DNA from: an uncultured delta proteobacterium
Lineage (GTDB): Bacteria > Desulfobacterota > Desulfobacteria > Desulfobacterales > QNYZ01
Length of the DNA stretch: 64,000 nucleotides
Assembly (NCBI GenBank): GCA_963845145.1
Contig: CAWJQU010000002.1
Location: 595,743 to 659,742 of the forward strand
Reading direction: 5' to 3'
In this document: piece by piece, positions 33,124 through 43,434 of the stretch
Layout: each line of letters begins with the position of its first letter
Position numbering within the stretch: the stretch's first letter is position 1
The notes under the pieces: model-generated
The model's database searches: none
What the model was told of the DNA's origin: nothing
What the model saw: only the letters and a program-made list of their open reading frames with translations
Position numbers and translations under genes: made by a program

Positions 33124-34398
33124 ATGACTATCGAGATTAAAATCCCCCACGTCGGGGAATCGGTCCAGGAAGCGGTTCTGGCCGAATGGTTTAAACAAGA
33201 CGGAGATTCCGTTAACAAAGACGAACCCTTGTTTGTCATCGAAACCGACAAAGTAACACTGGAGATCGCGGCCGAGCTAGCCGGCGTGTTGAAAATTTTG
33301 ACTCCTGAAGGAGAAACTGTGGCCATCGGCGCCGTGGTCGGAACGATTGAGCCTGCCACCGGGGCAGACACCGCCAAAACGCCACCTCCCGCTGATGTTC
33401 AGAAGCCAAGTCCGCCACCCGAGACCCGGCCCGAACCGGTGCCTCAACCCAGCCCTTCCAAACCCGCTCAACCCGTATTGAGTGCTGGGGAAACTGTCGC
33501 ATCCCTACCCCTGGCCCCATCCGTCAGGCGCCTGGTGGCGGAAAAAAATGTGGATGTCAACCAGATCAAAGGAACCGGGCCCGGGAGTCGGGTCAGTAAA
33601 GGCGATGTGCTGCTCTACCTGGAAGCCCGCGAAACAGGATCGCCGGAAACATCGGCCCCACCCGTCTCGCCGGCGACATCTTTACCGGCTTCTGATGAGT
33701 CAATGACCGTGCGCAAGCCCATGTCGCCCATTCGAAAAAGGATCGCCGCCCGTCTTTTGGAATCCAAGCAAAATACGGCCATGCTGACGACGTTCAACGA
33801 GATCGATATGAGCCGAAGCATGGCCATTCGTTCCCAATACAAGGCGTCCTTTGAAAAAAAATTCGGTGTTTCTCTGGGGTTTATGTCTTTTTTCATCAAG
33901 GCCTGTGTGGAAGCCCTCAAAGAAATTCCGGGAATCAACGCGTTCATCGACGGCGATGACTTGATTTATCATGAATACCAACACATCGGGGTGGCTATCG
34001 GATCCGACCGGGGCCTGGTAGTGCCGGTGATTCGTCATGCCGAAAAGTTGAATTTCGCCGGTATCGAGCAGGCCATTGTCGACTATGTCGCCAAAATAAA
34101 AACCAATCGCCTGGAATTGGCCGATTTGGAAGGCGGCACATTCACCGTCAGCAACGGCGGTGTCTACGGCTCCTTGCTCAGCACGCCGATCCTAAACACG
34201 CCCCAAAGCGGCATTCTGGGGATGCATAAAATTGAAAAACGTCCCATTGTGGTTGATGATGAAATCGTGATTCGCCCCATGATGTATGTGGCCCTAAGCT
34301 ACGACCACCGCATCGTCGATGGCAGAGAAGCAGTCACCTTTTTAAAGCGCGTTAAGGAATTTATCGAAAACCCGGAACGGATAGCCCTGGAGGTATAA
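33124..34398 (+). CDS. sucB: Dihydrolipoamide succinyltransferase E2
   Basis: Lipoyl ETDKV, E3-binding domain, AMLTTFNE, LSYDHRIVDG. Confidence 0.96.
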   Translation: MTIEIKIPHVGESVQEAVLAEWFKQDGDSVNKDEPLFVIETDKVTLEIAAELAGVLKILTPEGETVAIGAVVGTIEPATGADTAKTPPPADVQKPSPPPETRPEPVPQPSPSKPAQPVLSAGETVASLPLAPSVRRLVAEKNVDVNQIKGTGPGSRVSKGDVLLYLEARETGSPETSAPPVSPATSLPASDESMTVRKPMSPIRKRIAARLLESKQNTAMLTTFNEIDMSRSMAIRSQYKASFEKKFGVSLGFMSFFIKACVEALKEIPGINAFIDGDDLIYHEYQHIGVAIGSDRGLVVPVIRHAEKLNFAGIEQAIVDYVAKIKTNRLELADLEGGTFTVSNGGVYGSLLSTPILNTPQSGILGMHKIEKRPIVVDDEIVIRPMMYVALSYDHRIVDGREAVTFLKRVKEFIENPERIALEV

Positions 34399-34400
34399 AT

Positions 34401-35813
34401 ATGACGACCCAAACGGTGTACGATCTCATCATTATCGGTTCCGGACCCGGTGGCTATGTGGCGGCCGTGCGAGCGACACAGCTCGGGTTAAAAACAGCTT
34501 GCATCGAAAAGTCACCCCGCCTCGGGGGGGTTTGTTTGAATGTCGGCTGTATTCCCAGCAAGGCCCTGCTGGATTCCAGCGAATATTACCACCTGGCCAA
34601 GACGCATTTTGCCGATCACGGCATTAAAACCGGCCGCATCGCCCTGGACCTTCCGGCGGTGATGGCCCGCAAAGATAAAGTCGTGGAAGACCTGACCGAA
34701 AACGTCAAAAAACTGCTGGAGGGTAACGGGGTTGATCTTTTCCAGGGGACGGCCGGCCTCGAAGGAGAAGGCCGGGTTAAAATCACGGCCAAAGGGAAAA
34801 AAGCCAAAATCCTGGAGGGAAAAAACATCTTGCTGGCCACCGGCAGTGCGCCTATTGAAGTGCCGGGTCTTCCCTTTGACGGGGACCGTATCGTCGACTC
34901 TACCGATGCCCTGAGTTTGCCATCGGTTCCCAAACATTTAGGGATTGTAGGCGGTGGCTATATCGGATTGGAGTTGGGTTCGGTTTGGCGACGTTACGGG
35001 GCCAAAGTGACCGTCCTTGAAATGTTACCCAAAATTGCCACAACGCTCGATGGCCAGGTGGCCCGAACCCTGGATCGCATCCTTCGCAAGCAGGGGTTTG
35101 AATTTCGCATGAACACCAAAGTGACCCGAGCCAAGGTGGACAAAACCAAGGTTAAGATCACCATGGAAACCCAGGGGAAAGCGTCCCATTTAACCGTCGA
35201 CCGGCTCCTGGTTTCCGTGGGACGGCGCCCGCTAACCGCAGGCTTGGGACTTGAAAAAATTGGCGTCGGCACGGACCCGAATACCGGGCAGATTTTGGTA
35301 GACGAAACCTATCAAACCAATATCCCGGGCCTCTACGCCATTGGCGATTTGATTCCCGGGCCGATGCTGGCACACAAGGCGTCGGCAGAAGGCATTGCCG
35401 CCGTGGAATGTATCGCCGGGAACGCGGGTGAGGTTAACTATGACGCCATGCCGTCGGTGATATACACCTGGCCCGAAGTCGCCAGTGTCGGAATCACCGA
35501 AGAAGAGGCCAAAGCGCGAGAAATCCCCTATTGCATCGGTTCGTATCCTTTTTCGGGAACCGGCCGAGCCCGCTGCATGGGCGAATCAGATGGATTTGTC
35601 AAGCTCATCGCCCACAGTAAAACCGACCGGATCCTGGGTGTCCATATCATCGGCCCCCGGGCAGCGGATATGATCGCCGAATGTGTGCTGGCCGTTGAAT
35701 TTGGGGCTGCTTCGGAAGATATCGCTCGAACCATTCACGGTCATCCGACTTTTGCAGAGGCCCTACAGGAAGCGGCTATGGGCGTACGGGAATGCTCCAT
35801 CTATGCCTCCTGA
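34401..35813 (+). CDS. lpdA: Dihydrolipoamide dehydrogenase E3
   Basis: GSGPGGY, GGVCLNVGCIPSK, HPTFAE. Confidence 0.96.
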   Translation: MTTQTVYDLIIIGSGPGGYVAAVRATQLGLKTACIEKSPRLGGVCLNVGCIPSKALLDSSEYYHLAKTHFADHGIKTGRIALDLPAVMARKDKVVEDLTENVKKLLEGNGVDLFQGTAGLEGEGRVKITAKGKKAKILEGKNILLATGSAPIEVPGLPFDGDRIVDSTDALSLPSVPKHLGIVGGGYIGLELGSVWRRYGAKVTVLEMLPKIATTLDGQVARTLDRILRKQGFEFRMNTKVTRAKVDKTKVKITMETQGKASHLTVDRLLVSVGRRPLTAGLGLEKIGVGTDPNTGQILVDETYQTNIPGLYAIGDLIPGPMLAHKASAEGIAAVECIAGNAGEVNYDAMPSVIYTWPEVASVGITEEEAKAREIPYCIGSYPFSGTGRARCMGESDGFVKLIAHSKTDRILGVHIIGPRAADMIAECVLAVEFGAASEDIARTIHGHPTFAEALQEAAMGVRECSIYAS

Positions 35814-35840
35814 TAAATCAGGTTAGGAGTAGAAAAAAAC

Positions 35841-36395
35841 ATGGAAATTAAAGTAAATCATTCGCGTCTGGTTCACACCGGGCGCGTTTTCGATATCTAT
35901 TCGGAAAATATCAGCACCGATACCGGTAAAAATTTCGACCTCGAGGTGATACGCCATCCTGGCGCCGCAGCCATTGTTCCCATTAAAGCGGACGGCACTA
36001 TCCTGCTTTTAAGCCAATATCGCCACGCCGTCGGACAACGGATCTGGGAGATACCGGCCGGAACACTGGATCCTGATGAAAGCCCCGAGACGTGCGCTAA
36101 AAGAGAATTGGTGGAAGAAACAGGATATGCCGCCGAACGTTGGGCCAAACTGGGCGAAATCACACCCTTACCGGGATATTCAGACGAACGTATTCACCTC
36201 TATCTCGCCGATCAGCTCACACCGGCCGTTCAGAACCTGGACGAGGACGAAATCCTTGAGGTCCACCAACGACCATTTAGCGAGGCGATAGAGATGATCC
36301 ATACCGGCAAGATTCAGGATGCCAAGTCGATATGCGGTATTTTATTCGCGGCCCGACTGATGGATCATGCAAACGGGCACGGTGATACCGCCTGA
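35841..36395 (+). CDS. NUDIX hydrolase (ADP-ribose pyrophosphatase-like)
   Basis: EIPAG..CAKRELVEETG Nudix box. Confidence 0.9.
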   Translation: MEIKVNHSRLVHTGRVFDIYSENISTDTGKNFDLEVIRHPGAAAIVPIKADGTILLLSQYRHAVGQRIWEIPAGTLDPDESPETCAKRELVEETGYAAERWAKLGEITPLPGYSDERIHLYLADQLTPAVQNLDEDEILEVHQRPFSEAIEMIHTGKIQDAKSICGILFAARLMDHANGHGDTA

Positions 36396-36430
36396 AAAAT
36401 GGCTCTCCATAATAGCGGTTAAATGGCGTA

Positions 36431-36826
36431 CTAGTGATCGCAACAGCCATCCCCGCACCCGGCAATACCGGCCAGGCCTCGCACAACCTCTCGACTCGAG
36501 GCCGTCCGGACTTCGTCAACCTGCACATGCAAATAAAGCACTGCCAGATCGGCCGGTAACAATACGGGCGGAAAGACCAAGTGCCCCATGAATTGCCTTT
36601 GGCCCTTGATCGGCATCGACATCTCAATCGTATCACCCTGCCCCTTGTCGATAAGCATCTGTTCGAACGGACTGAGCCCCTCTGTGCCAAGGCCATGAAT
36701 GAATTCAAATAAAAACGGTTGCGGGGTTAAATCCATCTGAACCGGGGTCGTCCCGGCGGCAATGGACAAGGTAACCTTCTTCATCGGCTCGATCCGTTGG
36801 GTGGATTCTCGTTTGTCACTGGCCAT
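36431..36826 (-). CDS. Hypothetical protein, SlyD/FKBP-like remnant with Cys/His tail
   Basis: FEFIHGLG..LSPFEQML..K..GD resembles FKBP segment; C-terminus CGDGCCDH. Confidence 0.6.
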   Translation of the reverse strand: MASDKRESTQRIEPMKKVTLSIAAGTTPVQMDLTPQPFLFEFIHGLGTEGLSPFEQMLIDKGQGDTIEMSMPIKGQRQFMGHLVFPPVLLPADLAVLYLHVQVDEVRTASSREVVRGLAGIAGCGDGCCDH

Positions 36827-37796
36827 ACTTTTCGTCCTTTACTATTACCTTTTTACGGTGACCATGCTGGTAGAGTACTGAATCGATGGAAAAAATCGCC
36901 AGTGCAACCCAAATTGCAATAAAGCTGATGAGTTGCGCTTTTTCAAAGGGCTCCTGATACAGAAAAACGGCCAGTATGAATGCACACGTCGGCATAATAT
37001 ATTGTAAAAATCCCACAGTTGAAAGATTAAGACGGCGGGCACCGAAAGTAAACAGCAATAAAGGAGGCGCCGTAGGTAATACGGTACCGATCAAGATAAG
37101 ACTCACCGCCCACCCGCCTTGCCAAAAAATTCCGGTGCCGTTGATATTGAGCCAGAGCAGATAACCCACGGCCGGAATGAACAAAAAAAACGTCTCCACA
37201 GCCAGACCGACCAGCGCACCGACCCCCACCATTTTACGAATCAAGCCATAAAGGCCGAAGCTAATTGCCAAAGTGAGCGCCACCCAGGGAATTCGGCCAA
37301 AATGCATCGTCAGGTAGCAAACGGCACCAGTCACCAAAATAACGGCCAGGATTTGCGCCCGCCGCAAACGCTCCTTTAAGAAGAGCGTGCCTAATAAGAC
37401 ATTGACCAATGGGCAAATGAAATACCCCAAACTGGCCTGAAGGACCTGATCATGGGTAACCGCCCAGATATAAATCAACCAATTAAGCGCCACCATAAGC
37501 GTGGAGCCCGCCAGCAGCAGCAGCACAAATCGATCTTTTATGATGATGCGGAGTTCATCGCGGCCCAAAAACCAGACCATGGGTGCCAAAAGTACAACGG
37601 ACCAGACAATACGGTGCATCAGGATTTCAAGCGCCGGAACCGCCGTCAGCAACTTCCAGTAAATTGGACTGGCGCCCCAGATAGAAAAGGATGCCGCACC
37701 AGCAATCAAGCCGGCTATCTTGGAACGAACCAAAGATGATGAATCGCCATCGGGTTCAGCATGGGGGAGAGGATGGTTTGGCTTGTCATTGGACAT
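36816..37796 (-). CDS. rarD: RarD (EamA/DMT family) transporter
   Basis: EILMHRIVWS, QASLGYFI, SFGLYGLIRK, GFLQYI. Confidence 0.9.
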   Translation of the reverse strand: MSNDKPNHPLPHAEPDGDSSSLVRSKIAGLIAGAASFSIWGASPIYWKLLTAVPALEILMHRIVWSVVLLAPMVWFLGRDELRIIIKDRFVLLLLAGSTLMVALNWLIYIWAVTHDQVLQASLGYFICPLVNVLLGTLFLKERLRRAQILAVILVTGAVCYLTMHFGRIPWVALTLAISFGLYGLIRKMVGVGALVGLAVETFFLFIPAVGYLLWLNINGTGIFWQGGWAVSLILIGTVLPTAPPLLLFTFGARRLNLSTVGFLQYIMPTCAFILAVFLYQEPFEKAQLISFIAIWVALAIFSIDSVLYQHGHRKKVIVKDEKYGQ

Positions 37797-37851
37797 GCAA
37801 CCGTCTATATATCAGGTACCCCCCATCTCACAACAAAGAAAGGGTATTAAA

Positions 37852-38331
37852 ATGGCAGGTATTGCCATCCAGGATTGTTACCCCGACGATATCGCCATCT
37901 GCTATGGCTGCGGTAGAAACAACCCCAAGGGGTGGCATATTCGAACCCAATGGGATGGCAAGCAAGGCATTCTGCGGTTTACGCCGGATGAAGCACATAC
38001 AGCGTTTCCGGGAATCGTTTACGGCGGTCTTATCGCTGGCTTGATCGATTGCCACAGTGTCGGCACGGCCGTGGCGGCTATGTACGATGCCGAGGAAAGA
38101 GAACCCGGCTCATCGCCGCCCATCCTTTGCGTGACAGGAAATCTGAATGTAACCTATCTGAAACCGACGCCATTGGGTCACGAATTGATACTGCGTGCCA
38201 ACGTTCAAGAACTCAAAGCCAAAAAGGCCATCGTCCACTGCACGTTAACGGTTATGGGTGAAACGTGTGCCAAAGGCGAAGTGGTGGCAATTCGTGTACC
38301 ACCGGAACGCCTGAAACCACAGCAGGGATAA
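37852..38331 (+). CDS. PaaI family thioesterase
   Basis: CYGCG.NN..G, VYGGLIAGLIDCH, VTGNLNVTYLKPTP; start at MAGIA. Confidence 0.85.
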   Translation: MAGIAIQDCYPDDIAICYGCGRNNPKGWHIRTQWDGKQGILRFTPDEAHTAFPGIVYGGLIAGLIDCHSVGTAVAAMYDAEEREPGSSPPILCVTGNLNVTYLKPTPLGHELILRANVQELKAKKAIVHCTLTVMGETCAKGEVVAIRVPPERLKPQQG

Positions 38332-38362
38332 CGCAACACCCTTTAAAAAAGGGATAGAACCC

Positions 38363-39142
38363 ATGTCTGATTTGATTGTTACCCTTTTTCAGTCCAACCT
38401 TATCTGGGAAGACAAAAAGGCCAATATTGATGCATTTGATGAAAAAATTCGGAATCTACCCGGACGACGCGATCTGATAATCCTTCCGGAAATGTTTTCG
38501 ACTGGATTCTCTATGAATGCCGCTGATCTAGCCGAAACCATGACTGGAACCACAATCACATGGATGACAGAGACGGCCCGTTATTGTGGGGTGAACATTA
38601 CCGGAAGCGTGATCATCAACGAAGGTGACCACTATTACAACCGCTTAATCTGGGTGGGACCCAACGGCGAGCGATTTACCTACGACAAGCGGCACCTGTT
38701 TCGCTATGCCAACGAGCATCGTACCTATCACGCCGGAAACAGGCATCTGACCATACCCTTAAACGGTTGGCGAATCCGCCCCTTTATCTGCTACGATTTG
38801 CGATTTCCGGTGTGGACCCGCAACGCAGACGATGGGTTTGATCTTGCCCTCTTCATCGCCAATTGGCCCCAACCCCGCGCAGCTCATTGGCAGGCGCTGC
38901 TTAAGGCCCGGGCAATCGAAAACCAGTCTTTTGTTATCGGTGTCAATCGTGTGGGGATTGACGGCAACGGCCTCCAATACAGCGGCGACTCAACCGTGAT
39001 CGATCCTACCGGCCGGATCCACTTTCATGCCGCCCACCAGGAAGTCGTACATACATCCCGCTTATCCTACCGTGATCTTCAAACCTATCGTGACACTTTT
39101 CCGGCCCTAAGCGATTCGGATCCATTTCACATCGACCCATAA
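38363..39142 (+). CDS. Nitrilase-family omega-amidase (YafV-like)
   Basis: LPEMFSTGF, YDKRHLF, ICYDLRFP, ARAIENQ. Confidence 0.9.
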   Translation: MSDLIVTLFQSNLIWEDKKANIDAFDEKIRNLPGRRDLIILPEMFSTGFSMNAADLAETMTGTTITWMTETARYCGVNITGSVIINEGDHYYNRLIWVGPNGERFTYDKRHLFRYANEHRTYHAGNRHLTIPLNGWRIRPFICYDLRFPVWTRNADDGFDLALFIANWPQPRAAHWQALLKARAIENQSFVIGVNRVGIDGNGLQYSGDSTVIDPTGRIHFHAAHQEVVHTSRLSYRDLQTYRDTFPALSDSDPFHIDP

Positions 39143-39148
39143 AGCAAA

Positions 39149-39181
39149 AAGGCCCCGGCAAATAGTATGCGCGGGGCCTAA
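39149..39181. terminator. Hairpin between convergent amidase and fhs genes (likely bidirectional terminator)
   Basis: AAAAAGGCCCCG...CGGGGCCT with A/T tracts. Confidence 0.6.
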
Positions 39182-39205
39182 TTTAGTGGTTTTGTGTGAT
39201 AACGC

Positions 39206-40969
39206 TTAGAACAGTCCGGTAACCTTTCCGCTTTCCGGATCAACGTCCACGCGGCGGTAGGCCGGGTTGGAGCCGGTACCCGGCATCAGGCTGATGGGGC
39301 CTGCGCAAGGGCAAAGGAACTTGGCGCCAGAGTAGATCAGCACGTCGCGAATGGGCAGCGTCCAGCCCTTGGGCGCCCCTTTGATGGTCTTATCGTGGCT
39401 GAGGCTCTCATGCGTCTTGACCATCATGGTGGCGAAGTCGTCGTACTGGGAATCGTTTTCCAGCATCTTAGCCTTGGCCTCGGCCCCGGCTTCCCAGGAG
39501 ACGCCGTCGGCACCGTAAACTTCCTTGGCGATGAGTTCGACGCGGTCGCGCAGCTTCGTTTCCAGCGGGTAGAGGAATTTGAAATCGTTTTCCTCTTCAC
39601 AGGCGTCGATGACGGCATCGGCGAATTCCAGGGCGCCTTCGCCGCCCTTTTCCCAGTGCTTGGACTCGGCGCAACGGGCGCCGGCAGCCTCAGCGGCCTT
39701 GCGGATGACGTCGCACTCGGCGTCGGTGTCAGTGTAAAAACGGTTGATACAGACCACCGGGTTGATACCGGCCTTGCGGATGGTGTTGATGTGATGCACC
39801 ATGTTCGCGCAACCCTTTTCCACCCACTCCAGGTTTTCCTTGGTGTAATCGTCCGGCAGGGCTTTACCGGTCACGACCGTGGGGCCGCCGCCGTGCATCT
39901 TCAGGGCGCGGATAGTGGTGGTCAGAACCGAGACGTGCGGCTTGAGGCCGGAGAAGCGGCTCTTGACGTTCCAGAACTTCTCGAAGCCGATGTCGGCGCC
40001 GAACCCGGACTCGGTGACGTGGTAGTCGAAAAGTTTCAGACCAACGCGGTCGGCGATAATGGAGCTCTGGCCCACAGCGATGTTGGCGAACGGTCCGGCG
40101 TGCACCAGGCAGGGGTTGTACTCGGCGGTGCACATCATGGTCGGATTGATGGTGTTGCGCATGAAGGCCGTCATGGCGTTGCCGACTTCCAGGTCGCCGG
40201 TGGTGACTGGTTTGCCGCTCTTGTCGAAGGCCACGGTGATATTGTTGAGGCGCTCTTTCAGGTCGGCCAGGTCGCGGATCACCGATAGGATGGCCATACA
40301 CTCCGAACCCACCGCGATGCCGAACTTGGACTGCATGGTGAAGCCGTCGAAGCGGCCGCCGATGCCGATGATGATATTGCGCAGCGACTGGGCACAGAAG
40401 TCGATAATCCATCCCAGCTCCACGCGGGTGGGGTCGATGTCCAGACGACGCATGCCGGTCAGGCGGGCCAGCTGCTCGTCGTTGTAGTTGCGCTCGTGTT
40501 GCATGCGCGAGGTCATGGCCACCATGGCCAGGTTGTGGGCGTTCATGATGTCGTTGATGTCGCCGGTGAGGCCCAGCGAGAATTCGGTCATGGGTATCAG
40601 AAGGGAGTTGCCGCCGCCGGCCGCAGTCCCCTTGACGTTCATGGTGGGACCGCCGGAGGGCTGACGCAGGGCGCCACCGACGTTCTTGCCACGTTTGCCC
40701 AGACCTTCCATCAGGCCGCAGGATGTTGTGGATTTACCTTCACCCAGCGGGGTCGGAGTGATGGCGGTGACTTCAATGTACTTGCCGTCGGGCCTGTCTT
40801 TCATTCGGTCGATAATCTTGAGAAAATCGAGCTTGCCCAGCCGGCCCATAGGCAGCATCTCGTCTTTTTCCAGACCCAGTTTCTCGCACCATTCGTCCGG
40901 CGTCGGCATGTTCTTCTCTGCCGCTTCGGAAATCTGCCAATCCGCCATTTCTACTGCATTGTAAGCCAT
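39206..40969 (-). CDS. fhs: Formate--tetrahydrofolate ligase
   Basis: [44 protein letters not shown]. Confidence 0.96.
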   Translation of the reverse strand: MAYNAVEMADWQISEAAEKNMPTPDEWCEKLGLEKDEMLPMGRLGKLDFLKIIDRMKDRPDGKYIEVTAITPTPLGEGKSTTSCGLMEGLGKRGKNVGGALRQPSGGPTMNVKGTAAGGGNSLLIPMTEFSLGLTGDINDIMNAHNLAMVAMTSRMQHERNYNDEQLARLTGMRRLDIDPTRVELGWIIDFCAQSLRNIIIGIGGRFDGFTMQSKFGIAVGSECMAILSVIRDLADLKERLNNITVAFDKSGKPVTTGDLEVGNAMTAFMRNTINPTMMCTAEYNPCLVHAGPFANIAVGQSSIIADRVGLKLFDYHVTESGFGADIGFEKFWNVKSRFSGLKPHVSVLTTTIRALKMHGGGPTVVTGKALPDDYTKENLEWVEKGCANMVHHINTIRKAGINPVVCINRFYTDTDAECDVIRKAAEAAGARCAESKHWEKGGEGALEFADAVIDACEEENDFKFLYPLETKLRDRVELIAKEVYGADGVSWEAGAEAKAKMLENDSQYDDFATMMVKTHESLSHDKTIKGAPKGWTLPIRDVLIYSGAKFLCPCAGPISLMPGTGSNPAYRRVDVDPESGKVTGLF

Positions 40970-41131
40970 CGCCTCATTCCTCCTTTTGCTAATTATTAGA
41001 TATATTATCGTACGATAAAACCAAACAGTTCGCTTAACCGATGATCTGCTTAGCGTGTCTTCAGGGTATGCTGAAAGTGACGATCCGCCTAACTAAAAAA
41101 TAACCTTTTAATTGATCGCCTGAAAGAATTT

Positions 41132-41147
41132 TGCATATCAGGTGCCA
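41132..41147 (-). promoter_or_regulatory. Sigma54 promoter upstream of fhs
   Basis: Minus strand TGGCAC-CTGAT-ATGCA (GG-N10-GC). Confidence 0.6.
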
Positions 41148-41218
41148 TAGATTTTAGCAAGAAAATATTTTCGCTAAAGGGACGGGTCTCTACCGGAAAA
41201 TTTTTACAAAAATCGTTA

Positions 41219-41390
41219 AATGATGAAATCGCAAGAAGTCATCAAAAGGGATGGCAAAGTAATCCGCCAAAGGCGGACAAGTTCAAGGCGTCCCGAATCC
41301 CGTGTGATGAGGCGTACTTGTCGTACGCCGCGATCACGACGGGATGAAGCGGAACGCAGTCCGCCACAGGCGGATTACGAAGCCACTAAT
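41219..41390. repeat. Structured intergenic repeat element: inverted REP-like doublet around a central hairpin
   Basis: GTAATCCGCCaaaGGCGGAC (41259-41278) and its inverted copy (41359-41378) flank ATCCCGT..GGCGTAC-ttgtc-GTACGCC..ACGGGAT. Confidence 0.7.
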
Positions 41391-43434
41391 TTTGTAATTG
41401 ATCGAGACGATAGTAAAAGCCCTTTTGATCGATCAATTCATCATGTGTCCCTGATTCGATAATCCGTCCCCGGCTGAGGACAACGATCCGGTGAGCCTCG
41501 CGGGCGGTCGACAACCGATGAGCTACCAGTAGGGTCGTACGCGAATGCATCAGTCGCTCCAAGGCATTTTGAATGGCCTCTTCCGTAACGGAGTCAATAT
41601 AAGAGGTGGCTTCATCCAATATCAGCAGATCTGGATCCCGGGCAAAAGCCCGGGCGATTGAGATGAGCTGCCGCTCTCCGCTGGAAAGGGCCTCCTTGCC
41701 GCCGGCTAGAACAAATGCCAACCCACCGGGTAGTTTGGCGACAAGCTCCGAACAATGGGCGTTGGTGATAACGTTCATCAAATCATCATCGGACAAGGAT
41801 GGGTTACCGAAGCGAATATTTTCGGCAATGGTGCCGGTAAACAAAAATGGATCCTGGGTAACCAGGGCCATACTTTGCCTGAGCGCGGCAATGTCATAAG
41901 TCGCCAGTGGACGATCATTGATCAGCACCTGGCCGTCCGAGGGGTCATAAAAACGCACGAGCAGATTGATCAACGAGGTTTTACCCGAGCCGGTGGGGCC
42001 AACCACGGCCACCCGCTCCCCTCGGTTAATTTCCAGTTGAATATTCTCGAGAACCGGCGTGTCGGGCGTGTATCCGAAGGTTATCCGGTCGAATGCTACC
42101 CGCCGAATTCGAACCGTTTCAAGGGCGCCCTCATTCTTTTGGTTCGGATAATTCTTCCCCGCATCTTTTTTACCCGCTTGCGCTTCAACCCATTTTTCTT
42201 TAATCGATTCCGGCATCTTGTCAGCGCTGTCCAGAACGACGAAAAGCCTTTCCGCGGATGACAGGGCATTTTGAAGAATATTATATTTTTCAGCGATATC
42301 GCGAATGGGTCGGAAAAACATGCGGATATAAGATGTAAACGCCACCAGAACCCCAAGGGTGATTCGCTCGTCCAACACGCGTGCCCCCCCAAAATAAATC
42401 ACCACCGCCAATGCGACCGTACTGAGCATGCCCACAAAGGGCATGAAGATGGCAAACACGTGCATCTGCTGCATGCCGGCCAGGTAATTCTCATGGTTCA
42501 ACCGTTTGAATTTTTCTTCGCTGGCCGCTTCCTGACGAAACAGCTGAATAACACGCATGCCGTTAATCGTTTCAGATAGGCGGGAATTGATTTCAGCCAC
42601 TTTTAGCCGTAAAGTTCGATACGCTTCCCTGGCCTGGCGGGCGAAATAAAACGACGCCAACACCACAATGGGCAAGACAATGAAACAGATTAAGGCCAAC
42701 TGCCAGTCGATACCAACCAGAACAATGCAAATACCCACCAGTAGAAAAAGATCCTTAAAAACAAAAACAATCACAGCGGTAAACAGCTCATTCATGTTTT
42801 GCACATCATTGGTCACGCGGGTCACCAGACGGCCCACCGCATTCTTCGTGAAAAACGCCACCGATAATGACTGAATATGGGTAAACAGCTGCATGCGCAG
42901 GTCGTGCATGATGACCTGGCCGGTATACTCCAACATCATTTGCTGAAAAAAGCTGGCCACCAGTCCGGCAGCGATAAGAACAATAAAAATCAACGTCATC
43001 CGGGCGATGCCGGCCAAGTCCGTTTTTCGTAACACGGCAATATCCGCCGGTGCGAGGTTCGTAAGGTCGGCCAATCGAATACCGGCTTGACCGTTTCTGA
43101 AAAAAAAGTGATCCCGATATTTGGTAACAATGGCCTTCACCGCCGGGTCTGAGAGATCCACCTCTATGATGCGGGTCTTGCCATCGGTCGACGTACCCGG
43201 GGAACCTTCCCCTTGAGTTTCGGTAACCGCAACGGGCACGATATACTGATCAATCGCCACCTTGGTGACATAGGGAATGGCCAGATCGATAAGGGTAACA
43301 ATCAAAATGAGAAGCACGGCAGCAGCCAGATGGCGCATATAGGGACGAATAAAGGGCGCCATCCGCTGGATCAGGTTGGCATCGGTCATTGTACCGACTT
43401 TTTCTTCGGCAAAATAGTCGCGATCAACGCCCAT
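41386..43434 (-). CDS. ABC exporter ATP-binding/permease subunit (MdlB-like)
   Basis: TMD plus GPTGSGKT, LSSGERQ, ILDEATS; start MGVDRDY overlaps partner. Confidence 0.92.
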   Translation of the reverse strand: MGVDRDYFAEEKVGTMTDANLIQRMAPFIRPYMRHLAAAVLLILIVTLIDLAIPYVTKVAIDQYIVPVAVTETQGEGSPGTSTDGKTRIIEVDLSDPAVKAIVTKYRDHFFFRNGQAGIRLADLTNLAPADIAVLRKTDLAGIARMTLIFIVLIAAGLVASFFQQMMLEYTGQVIMHDLRMQLFTHIQSLSVAFFTKNAVGRLVTRVTNDVQNMNELFTAVIVFVFKDLFLLVGICIVLVGIDWQLALICFIVLPIVVLASFYFARQAREAYRTLRLKVAEINSRLSETINGMRVIQLFRQEAASEEKFKRLNHENYLAGMQQMHVFAIFMPFVGMLSTVALAVVIYFGGARVLDERITLGVLVAFTSYIRMFFRPIRDIAEKYNILQNALSSAERLFVVLDSADKMPESIKEKWVEAQAGKKDAGKNYPNQKNEGALETVRIRRVAFDRITFGYTPDTPVLENIQLEINRGERVAVVGPTGSGKTSLINLLVRFYDPSDGQVLINDRPLATYDIAALRQSMALVTQDPFLFTGTIAENIRFGNPSLSDDDLMNVITNAHCSELVAKLPGGLAFVLAGGKEALSSGERQLISIARAFARDPDLLILDEATSYIDSVTEEAIQNALERLMHSRTTLLVAHRLSTAREAHRIVVLSRGRIIESGTHDELIDQKGFYYRLDQLQN

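Noticed and set aside
41220..41462. 80-aa ORF
   Set aside because: Translation of the palindromic repeat, overlapping the ABC gene antisense
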